Part shown: positions 10,127 to 17,310 of the stretch, piece by piece
Layout of the letters: each line of letters starts with the position of its first letter
Numbering within the stretch: the first letter of the stretch is position 1
Assembly: GCA_009731425.1 (NCBI GenBank)
Contig: AP018794.1
Coordinates: 781,960-813,959 of the forward strand
Direction of reading: 5' to 3'
Length of the DNA stretch: 32,000 nucleotides
Source: Lachnospiraceae bacterium KM106-2
Lineage (GTDB): Bacteria > Bacillota > Clostridia > Lachnospirales > Lachnospiraceae
Notes under the pieces: model-generated
What the model saw: the letters and a program-made list of their open reading frames with translations, nothing else
The model's database searches: none
Told to the model about the DNA's origin: nothing
Translations under genes and position numbers: made by a program

Positions 10127-12097
10127 ATGATATCAAAAAGATTAATGCCGGGAGAACGTCCTGTTTTTCCGAAAAAAGCAGTTGTAACAGCAGGAATGCC
10201 TTATGGCAATAAGAACCTACATTTTGGACATGTAGGCGGTATGTTTGTACATGCCGATATTTTTGCTAGATTTTTAAGAGATCGCATTGGAAAAGAAAAT
10301 GTTATCTTTGTATCTGGAACAGATTGTTACGGTTCTCCAATCTTAGAGAGCTATCGTAAGCTAAAAGAAGAAGGATACGAAGGAACACTTCAAGATTATG
10401 TAATGAAAAATCATAATAGTCAAAAAGATACACTTGATAAATATGAAATGAGCTTAAATTTATTTGGTGCATCTGCATTAGGCCGTACCGGTGAAATTCA
10501 TCAGCAAGTTTCTAATGAAGTATTTAATGATCTTTATGAACATGGATATATTAGAAAAGATTCTACACCACAATTTTATGATGATGAATTAGGAATTTAC
10601 TTAAATGGCCGTCAGGTTGTAGGTAAATGTCCGATCGCAGGATGTACTTCCGAACACGCATATGCCGATGAATGTTCATTAGGACATCAATATATGCCAA
10701 GCGAACTGATCAATCCAGTATCTGTATTATCAGGAAAGAAACCATCTTATCGTGACGTTACAAACTGGTATTTCGTATTAGATGAATGTATCGATGAGTT
10801 AAAAGAACAATTAGATTTCTTAAAGAGAAATACAAATACTCGTAAATACCAATTAAATATCATTGATGAATTCTTAAAGAAACCTTTAGTATATGTACCA
10901 AGAAAATATATTGAAGATTTAGCTGAATTAGAAGCTAAATTACCAGCTCATACAACAATTGATGAAGAGAAAAAGAAATCGATCACATTTGAATTCGAAT
11001 CATTAGAAGTCCGTGATGAAGCTAAGAGAGTATTAGATGAGTTAGGAATCCACTTTACAGCAGGTAAGACATTAGTACCGTTCCGTTTATCCGGTAATGT
11101 TGAATGGGGCGCAAAAGTACCTGATAAAGAAGATATGAAAGACTTAACATTCTGGGTTTGGCCAGAATCTTTATGGGCTCCAATTTCATTTACAAGAGCT
11201 TACTTAGAGTCAATCGGTCATGATCAAAAAGAATGGTCTGAATGGTGGAATGGAGAAGATTCTTTAGTATACCAATTCATCGGAGAAGATAATATCTATT
11301 TCTATTCGATCGCTGAAATGGGAATGTTCCTTTCTTTATCAAAAGGAGATATGCCAATTAGTCTTCCTCATATTGTTCCAAACCGTCATATCTTATTTAT
11401 GGATAAGAAGGCAAGCAGCAGTTCAGAAGTGAAACCACCAATGGCTGATGAGCTATTACAATACTATACTCCAGAACAATTAAGAATGCATTTCATGAGT
11501 CTTGGTTTATCTTCCAAGAGTACAGGATTTAAGCCACAGGTTTACATGAAAGAGGAAGAACGTGTTGGCGTTGATATGGTATTAAAAGATGGAAACCTTT
11601 TAACAAATGTATTCAACCGTTTGATCCGTTCTTGTTTCTATACTGCACAACAACATTATGATGGTAAGATTCCAACAGGAACTGTTAGTGAAAAGATCTT
11701 AAAATTAGCAGAAGAAAAAGTATTAGAATATGAGCGTCAGATGTATAATCAAGAGTTCCATCGAATCTCTTATGTATTAGATGAATATATTCGTGAAGTT
11801 AATAAATACTGGGCAAATCAAATCCGTGTTGCAGATAAAGAAGATAATGATGAATTAAGAAAACAAACATTACTCGATTGCTTCTATGCATGTAAGGTTA
11901 TGGCTGTTCTTGTTCATCCGATCGCTCCAAACGGATGTGAAATGTTCAGAGAATATTTAAATGTGGATGAGTCCATGTGGAACTGGGATCATATCTTTGA
12001 ACCAATTGAATTCTATACAGGTGATCTTTCTAAACATGAAATGAAATTCTTAGAACCAAGAGTGGACTTCTTCTCTAAATTAGAAAGTCAATATTAA
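10127..12097 (+). CDS. metG: methionine--tRNA ligase (MetRS1-like, 656 aa)
   Basis: PYGNKNLHFGH (HIGH region), SGTDCYGSPI, knuckle CPIAGC...ECSLGH, and YQFIGEDNIYFYS align with E. coli-type MetRS. A T-box leader lies upstream. GGAGG RBS precedes the start. Confidence 0.8.
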   Translation: MISKRLMPGERPVFPKKAVVTAGMPYGNKNLHFGHVGGMFVHADIFARFLRDRIGKENVIFVSGTDCYGSPILESYRKLKEEGYEGTLQDYVMKNHNSQKDTLDKYEMSLNLFGASALGRTGEIHQQVSNEVFNDLYEHGYIRKDSTPQFYDDELGIYLNGRQVVGKCPIAGCTSEHAYADECSLGHQYMPSELINPVSVLSGKKPSYRDVTNWYFVLDECIDELKEQLDFLKRNTNTRKYQLNIIDEFLKKPLVYVPRKYIEDLAELEAKLPAHTTIDEEKKKSITFEFESLEVRDEAKRVLDELGIHFTAGKTLVPFRLSGNVEWGAKVPDKEDMKDLTFWVWPESLWAPISFTRAYLESIGHDQKEWSEWWNGEDSLVYQFIGEDNIYFYSIAEMGMFLSLSKGDMPISLPHIVPNRHILFMDKKASSSSEVKPPMADELLQYYTPEQLRMHFMSLGLSSKSTGFKPQVYMKEEERVGVDMVLKDGNLLTNVFNRLIRSCFYTAQQHYDGKIPTGTVSEKILKLAEEKVLEYERQMYNQEFHRISYVLDEYIREVNKYWANQIRVADKEDNDELRKQTLLDCFYACKVMAVLVHPIAPNGCEMFREYLNVDESMWNWDHIFEPIEFYTGDLSKHEMKFLEPRVDFFSKLESQY

Positions 12098-12133
12098 TAA
12101 CAAAAAATCCATACGTTGGATCATTGATCATAT

Positions 12134-12170
12134 AAAAAAAGCTCTCGCAAATAAGGCGAGAGTTTTTTTA
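12134..12170. terminator. bidirectional Rho-independent terminator shared by metG (+) and ferredoxin (-)
   Basis: A7-AGCTCTCGC (12140-12148), loop AAATAAG, GCGAGAGT (12156-12163), then T7. Confidence 0.8.
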
Positions 12171-12266
12171 TTTACGCGAAAAACTAGCCAAAGTGGTACT
12201 AGTATCACCTTGGTGGCTATCGTAAGATAACGAAAGAAACGCGTAAAGCGTATATCTTCTCGTTTA
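12171..12266 (+). repeat. interspersed structured repeat, copy A (diverged)
   Basis: TTTACGCGAAAAACTAGCCAAAG, then hairpin (GTGGTA/TATCAC), then CTTGGTGGCTATCGTAAGATAACGAAAGAAAC, then a second imperfect hairpin. Collinear with the copies at 17177 and 29471. Confidence 0.7.
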
Positions 12267-12279
12267 CATCCATGTGTAA

Positions 12280-12471
12280 TTATGCTGAAGTACTGATCGC
12301 ATCAACTGGACAGCCATCTGCAGCATCTTGTGCAGAAGCTTCTTGGTCGGATGGGACATCTCCTTCAATAGCGACTGCTTTTTCTGTATCGTCGAAGCTA
12401 TATACTTCTGGACAAGTGGAAACGCAAAGACCACAAGAAATACAAGTGTCTTGATCTACATGTGCTTTCAT
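12280..12471 (-). CDS. fdx: small 4Fe-4S ferredoxin (63 aa)
   Basis: CISCGLCVSTCP plus a distal CP (DGCPVDAI), acidic composition, AAAGGAG RBS. Confidence 0.85.
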   Translation of the reverse strand: MKAHVDQDTCISCGLCVSTCPEVYSFDDTEKAVAIEGDVPSDQEASAQDAADGCPVDAISTSA

Positions 12472-12590
12472 AAAATACTCCTTTCTGTTGAAATCTATAT
12501 TAGTATTGCTATTTGAAGATTGTTGTATGCAAGAAATAATATTGTAAATAAAAAATAAAAATGATAAGATGAAGCAGACGAATTATTACT

Positions 12591-12796
12591 CTTGATGCGA
12601 TTAAGAGAAAAGGAACAAAATTCGCAAGACGCTATTTTGCACTTGCCAGCTTAAAGTTTCAGCTTGATAAAGAGAATTCTCTTAAAAATGGAGATCAGGT
12701 AAAAGTAACAGTTACATATGACAAAAACTATTTCGTTTAGCAAAATTACGAATTAATAATGAAGAAAAGATATATCCCGTAAAAGGGTTAAAATAG
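12591..12796 (+). pseudogene. relic of a degraded gene (two short frames separated by a stop and a frameshift)
   Basis: 12591-12740 reads ...FQLDKENSLKNGDQVKVTVTYDKNYFV*. 12740-12796 reads AKLRINNEEKIYPVKGLK* in another frame. There is no start codon or RBS. The sequence looks like the repeated beta-rich extracellular modules of clostridial membrane or lipoproteins. Confidence 0.35.
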
Positions 12797-12859
12797 TACA
12801 CTTTCGTAGCATTGAATAAAAAAATAACGATTTACAAGATAACAAACAAGGCCTAGCTG

Positions 12860-12868
12860 CATACAATA
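12860..12868 (+). promoter_or_regulatory. possible mother-cell sporulation (sigma-E / sigma-K type) -10 element for the amidase gene
   Basis: CATACAATA fits CATACA-T / CATA---TA and lies 28 nt upstream of the GTG start. An AC dinucleotide lies about 16 nt upstream. Confidence 0.3.
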
Positions 12869-12896
12869 TAGAAAGATTAGGAATAGGGGTATTTTT

Positions 12897-13664
12897 GTGG
12901 CTTATAAAATCTATATTGATGCAGGTCATGGCGGATATGACATGGGTGCTTCCTATAATGGCCGATATGAGAAAGATGACAACTTGAATCTTGCGAAAGC
13001 AGTTGGGAAAGAATTAGAAGATATGGGATACGAGGTTGGATATACGAGATCGACTGATGTATATCAGAGTCCGAATGAAAAAGCAGAAATTGCCAATGAT
13101 AATAATGCGGATTTGTTCATCTCTATACATCGTAATACGAGCCCGGTTCCAAATACTTATCAAGGCGTAGAAATTCTAGTTTTTAACAAAGGTGATTTAA
13201 AGGAGGACATGGCAAAGAAGATTGCTGATAATCTGGCAGATGTGGGGTTTTCAAATCTGGGAGTAGATGCAAGAAAGAATCTTGCCGTGTTGAGGAAAAC
13301 GAAGATGCCGGCTTTGTTGATCGATGTTGGATTTATCAATACAGACTATGATAATCAATTGTTTGATGGTAATTTCGAACGGATCGTTATGGCAATTGCG
13401 CAAGGAATTGATGATGCCATTAATCAAGAGCAGGAAAGTGAGGTCAAATTGAGTTACCGAGTACAGGTGGGCTTATTTAAAAATTATAATAATGCAGAAA
13501 ATCTTCAAGAACTTCTTGTAGAGAAAGGTTATCCAGCTGAGATTGTAGAATTAGGTGGCTTAAGTGCCGTACTGGTCGGTAGCTATGCAACCGTACAAGA
13601 AGCGCAGCGCATGGAAGATGAATTAGCGAGTGCAGGTTATGAATCAATTGTGATCGCATTATAG
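12897..13664 (+). CDS. cwlC: N-acetylmuramoyl-L-alanine amidase (Amidase_3) with C-terminal SPOR domain, CwlC-like, no signal peptide
   Basis: IYIDAGHGG...FISIHRN...LRKTKMPALLIDVGFI catalytic domain. C-terminal YRVQVGLFKNYNNAENL...VLVGSYATVQEAQ SPOR repeats. 255 aa, the same architecture as B. subtilis CwlC. GTG start with an AGGGG RBS. Confidence 0.75.
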   Translation: MAYKIYIDAGHGGYDMGASYNGRYEKDDNLNLAKAVGKELEDMGYEVGYTRSTDVYQSPNEKAEIANDNNADLFISIHRNTSPVPNTYQGVEILVFNKGDLKEDMAKKIADNLADVGFSNLGVDARKNLAVLRKTKMPALLIDVGFINTDYDNQLFDGNFERIVMAIAQGIDDAINQEQESEVKLSYRVQVGLFKNYNNAENLQELLVEKGYPAEIVELGGLSAVLVGSYATVQEAQRMEDELASAGYESIVIAL

Positions 13665-13670
13665 TATCTT

Positions 13671-13708
13671 AGGGAGGTATCAAATAGTTGATACCTCCCT
13701 TTTGTTTT
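13671..13708 (+). terminator. Rho-independent terminator after the amidase gene
   Basis: Perfect 13-bp stem AGGGAGGTATCAA (13671-13683) with TTGATACCTCCCT (13688-13700), then TTTTGTTTT. Confidence 0.85.
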
Positions 13709-13815
13709 AGGTAGGTTCTTTCGCGAGTCAACTAATGTAAGGAAAAAATCTCTTTAAAAATATAGAATTATAGTATAAAATGGTATTAAAGTATTGCAGA
13801 TTGGAGATATCATAT

Positions 13816-14661
13816 ATGGACAAAATTATCAATGGAAAGAAAATATCTCAGGATATTAAAGATGAATTAAAAGATAAAGTAGCTCAGTTAAAAGAACAAG
13901 GAACTGAAATTACATTAGCGGTTGTTCAAGTAGGCAATGATCCTGCAAGTACTGTTTATGTTGGAAATAAGAAAAAAGCATGTGCTTATATCGGAATCAA
14001 TAGTCTATCTTATGAATTAGATGAAAATACTTCAGAAGAAGAACTTTTAGACTTAGTGAAGAAATTAAATGAAGATAAAAAGGTAAACGGAATCTTAGTT
14101 CAGTTACCATTACCAAAACATATCAATGAGGATAAGGTGATCAAGACAATCTCGCCTGCAAAAGACGTTGATGGATTCCATCCACAAAGCGTTGGATCTT
14201 TAGTGATCGGAGAAGAAGGATTTGTATCCTGTACTCCATCTGGAATCATTCAATTATTAAAACGTTCTAATGTTGAGATTGAAGGAAAAAGCTGTGTCGT
14301 AATCGGAAGAAGTAATATTGTTGGAAAACCAATGGCGATCTTGTTATTAAGAGAAAATGGAACCGTAACAGTAGCTCATTCCAGAACGAAGGATTTAAAG
14401 GAAGTTGCAAGCAGAGCAGATATTCTTGTTGTAGCAATTGGAAAACCAAAGTTTATCAATAAGGAATATGTTAAAGATGGTGCAGTAGTTATTGATGTTG
14501 GAATCCATAGAGATGAAAATAATAAACTATGTGGAGATGTCGATTATGATGATGTAATCGATAAAGTATCTGCGATAACACCAGTACCAGGCGGTGTAGG
14601 ACCAATGACAATTGCTATGTTAATGCATAACTGTGTGGAAGCTGCTTTGATGCAAAAGTAA
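13816..14661 (+). CDS. folD: bifunctional methylenetetrahydrofolate dehydrogenase / methenyltetrahydrofolate cyclohydrolase
   Basis: [15 protein letters not shown]..., [31 protein letters not shown] and [10 protein letters not shown] motifs. The start at 13816 has a GGAGA RBS. Confidence 0.9.
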   Translation: MDKIINGKKISQDIKDELKDKVAQLKEQGTEITLAVVQVGNDPASTVYVGNKKKACAYIGINSLSYELDENTSEEELLDLVKKLNEDKKVNGILVQLPLPKHINEDKVIKTISPAKDVDGFHPQSVGSLVIGEEGFVSCTPSGIIQLLKRSNVEIEGKSCVVIGRSNIVGKPMAILLLRENGTVTVAHSRTKDLKEVASRADILVVAIGKPKFINKEYVKDGAVVIDVGIHRDENNKLCGDVDYDDVIDKVSAITPVPGGVGPMTIAMLMHNCVEAALMQK

Positions 14662-14693
14662 TTGTAAGAATAAAAAAAACAAAGGGGATTATT

Positions 14694-15296
14694 ATGCTTT
14701 TTACAGAACAAATTATATTTAAAGAGAAGGTCTATGATGTTCTATTGCGTGAAAAGGACAATCTTCTTATGAATTTTGTAAATGATCAAAAGCCGGTCTG
14801 GAACTCTTATTTTGGAAAAGCTAGTGCTGTATACATTCTAGTAGATCATAAGCTCCAGGCTCATTCCTTTGCATTTAATGAGAATTTGATAAAAAAAGAA
14901 GAAAAGTTAGTTGATCTGACACCGGTTTATGATGAAGAGACAAAGCAATATCGATATGATGATCTACAAATACCAATTGATTATACAGGTGGTATCGTTG
15001 TCGGTCGTCATTTTATCGATGAGTATGGATATGAAGAAGAGTATCCATGTTTTAGTTATCGTGATGTCTATGAATTGGTGTTCGAGAGAGGTAAGCTAGT
15101 TACTAGTATCGATCATTCTAGGTCTATGAATCGAATCCGATTAAATATTGATAAAGGGTTACGCGATATCGACCATAAGAAAGATATTCGATGCATCAAT
15201 CGATTTATGAAGAAAGTTCTATACAAGAACTATAAAACTAACTCGACGAAACGTAATATTAAAAAGAAGATTTATAAGGTATTTGGAGCAAATTAA
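14694..15296 (+). CDS. hypothetical protein (200 aa, basic C-terminal tail)
   Basis: AAAGGGG RBS and clean ORF. No motif I recognise. Confidence 0.5.
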   Translation: MLFTEQIIFKEKVYDVLLREKDNLLMNFVNDQKPVWNSYFGKASAVYILVDHKLQAHSFAFNENLIKKEEKLVDLTPVYDEETKQYRYDDLQIPIDYTGGIVVGRHFIDEYGYEEEYPCFSYRDVYELVFERGKLVTSIDHSRSMNRIRLNIDKGLRDIDHKKDIRCINRFMKKVLYKNYKTNSTKRNIKKKIYKVFGAN

Positions 15297-15313
15297 ATAT
15301 CGTCTTTTAAATC

Positions 15314-15347
15314 AAAGAAAGTCCCACATCGCTGTGGGACTTTCTTT
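15314..15347. terminator. bidirectional terminator between convergent genes
   Basis: Perfect 14-bp stem AAAGAAAGTCCCAC (15314-15327) with GTGGGACTTTCTTT (15334-15347). Overlaps the stop codon of the minus-strand gene. Confidence 0.8.
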
Positions 15348-16992
15348 ATTGTTTGATCTGGCTTACCGAATTGGTTTCTTTTCCTTTTGTATAGCTAAAA
15401 GTAATGGAATCACCAATAGTGTAAGTGATGATCTTAATGTTATCGGATACGTTTACATCATAGATGCTAGTATCACCTTCTAGCATGATGTAGTAGTGAG
15501 AGTTGCCATCAACTACGGCTTGAGCAATTTTTGCTATCTTACCGCTTGTTTCAGGAAGATCCTTTGCATCCGATACCGATACGTGATTTTTCTTTAATAA
15601 GTTAATGTATTCCTTTTCGCAGTCTGTTACGGAAGAACCGATCGCTACGATCGAATACTTTTGAATATTTACCATTGCATATCGTTTTACTAATCCCGCA
15701 TCATCTTTCAGACAGATGAAATAAGTTGGTTCATTTGCTATATTTAATAAAAGTGGGAAAGTAGCTTTATATCCGAGGTTCTGAACTTGACCTTGAGCAC
15801 TTTCCATTGCGGATTCTTCTTGGGCACCTGCAATGGAATAATATCTTGTTTCACCAGTACGCTGATTCATAAGTACAAATCCAACATTGGATTCATCTTT
15901 ACCAACACTGGTAACGCCAGTATAAACCCATACGTCATCATCAAGTGCGATATAGTTATATCCATCAGTTGTCTGAAGACATCCTTTTTGACTGAAGACA
16001 GAATTTAAATATCCATTCTTTAAAGTTCCATAGTAATCATAATAGTCGATCAATAGATCAGCTGAGTAGACATGATCGATCCAAGTTGGAACTTTGTCTA
16101 CTTTATAATCAGTAGTTTCACCAGTAACCGCATTTACTAAGATTACATCTTTGATCTTTTCGCCGCCGAATAAACCGATGGAATAATCAAGTACGGGACA
16201 GATCCAGTAAGGAGTTCCCTTTTCGTCAATCTCAAAATGAATATCATCAAAGATGTAGGTAGGATATTTAAAACGAAGATGACGGTAGATATTACGTCCA
16301 AAATGTTCGCTTGTAGAATATTTCATTCCCTCTTTTAACTTTACACATTCGACATTTTGGCTTGCCATATCGATCTTCATATAGGCTGGGATTCCCTTGC
16401 TGCGGTTTGTAAACCATTTAATGATACTTCCGTATTCTAATGGAGATACGCGGTAAGGACGATTATCATAGTTGATCTGTGTATAAGCAGAACTTACTTC
16501 AAACTGAGATACATAATCAACCATGTTTCCCATTTTACGAGAACCAAGAAGGGTAGCAGAATCTTTATCTAAAATTGGTATCTCATTATAAGAGATCTGC
16601 TTAATGTCTTTTTCGAATTCATGAGTAGAGATGTTGATCAATTCTCTGTATTTTTTTGCATTTACAATAGGAGAAGAAAGAATACTTCCACAAATATAAA
16701 TGACACCTACGATTAAGGTTATTGATAACAAGAGTTTGAATAAAAGATTGGATTTAAGATCGATCCAAGTATCTCGGTCAATATGAATATTGTTATAATC
16801 TTGATTTAGTTTGGCGACACGAACAAGTGCCACTACCAATGTTAAAATTGCAAATAATCCGATTGCAAAATACCAGAATCCTACGCAATGGATATTAAAT
16901 GCAGGCAATGCTACATAGTAATAAATCCCGAGTATGACACATAAAGTAATGATACCCAGGGTAATAGCAAATGCTTTCTTATTCTTTTTCAT
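15346..16992 (-). CDS. conserved hypothetical membrane protein (3 N-terminal TM helices plus a roughly 440-aa extracytoplasmic domain)
   Basis: 548 aa. N-terminal hydrophobic segments (AITLGIITLCVILGIYYYV, FWYFAIGLFAILTLVVALV, LLLSITLIVGVIYICGSIL). GGGAGG RBS. No catalytic motif recognised. Confidence 0.6.
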   Translation of the reverse strand: MKKNKKAFAITLGIITLCVILGIYYYVALPAFNIHCVGFWYFAIGLFAILTLVVALVRVAKLNQDYNNIHIDRDTWIDLKSNLLFKLLLSITLIVGVIYICGSILSSPIVNAKKYRELINISTHEFEKDIKQISYNEIPILDKDSATLLGSRKMGNMVDYVSQFEVSSAYTQINYDNRPYRVSPLEYGSIIKWFTNRSKGIPAYMKIDMASQNVECVKLKEGMKYSTSEHFGRNIYRHLRFKYPTYIFDDIHFEIDEKGTPYWICPVLDYSIGLFGGEKIKDVILVNAVTGETTDYKVDKVPTWIDHVYSADLLIDYYDYYGTLKNGYLNSVFSQKGCLQTTDGYNYIALDDDVWVYTGVTSVGKDESNVGFVLMNQRTGETRYYSIAGAQEESAMESAQGQVQNLGYKATFPLLLNIANEPTYFICLKDDAGLVKRYAMVNIQKYSIVAIGSSVTDCEKEYINLLKKNHVSVSDAKDLPETSGKIAKIAQAVVDGNSHYYIMLEGDTSIYDVNVSDNIKIITYTIGDSITFSYTKGKETNSVSQIKQ

Positions 16993-17127
16993 AATTAGAA
17001 TAAACCTCCCTTTTTGTCACAGAATGCTCTGTGATATTGATTTCATCATATCAGATGGAAACTAATTGTCAATAAAAAACAGCGCAATTTAATAATTATG
17101 AAAAAAATCAAAAATTAAAAGAAAACA

Positions 17128-17156
17128 TATACAATTTTAAATAACAAGTGTATAAT
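17128..17156 (+). promoter_or_regulatory. candidate sigma-A promoter for rimO-pgsA-cinA (TATACA - 17 nt - TATAAT)
   Basis: TATAAT at 17151-17156 and a 4/6 -35 at 17128-17133. This would put the repeat copy at 17173-17273 inside the 5' leader. Confidence 0.35.
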
Positions 17157-17172
17157 AAGACTGATGCGATGA

Positions 17173-17273
17173 TTTATTTACGCGAATAACGAGCCAAAGT
17201 GATACTTGTATCAGCTTGGCGACTATCGCGATAACGAAAGAAACTTGCAAAGCGTGTTTCTTTTCGATTTTCG
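17173..17273 (+). repeat. interspersed structured repeat, copy B (single unit)
   Basis: TTTACGCGAATAACGAGCCAAAG (17177-17199), then hairpin 1 (TGAT/ATCA on a GCCAA/TTGGC base). Then CTTGGCGACTATCGCGATAAC (17215-17235), then hairpin 2 CGAAAGAAAC (17235-17244) with GTTTCTTTTCG (17256-17266). Confidence 0.8.
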
Positions 17274-17310
17274 TTGCAGCAGAAATGACGGAATAGTTAG
17301 GAGATTTAAA

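Noticed and set aside
12272-12516. Plus-strand ORFs 12272-12454 and 12328-12516 overlapping the ferredoxin gene
   Set aside because: The minus-strand frame encodes a textbook CxxCxxC...CP ferredoxin with an RBS. The plus-strand frames are its antisense shadow.
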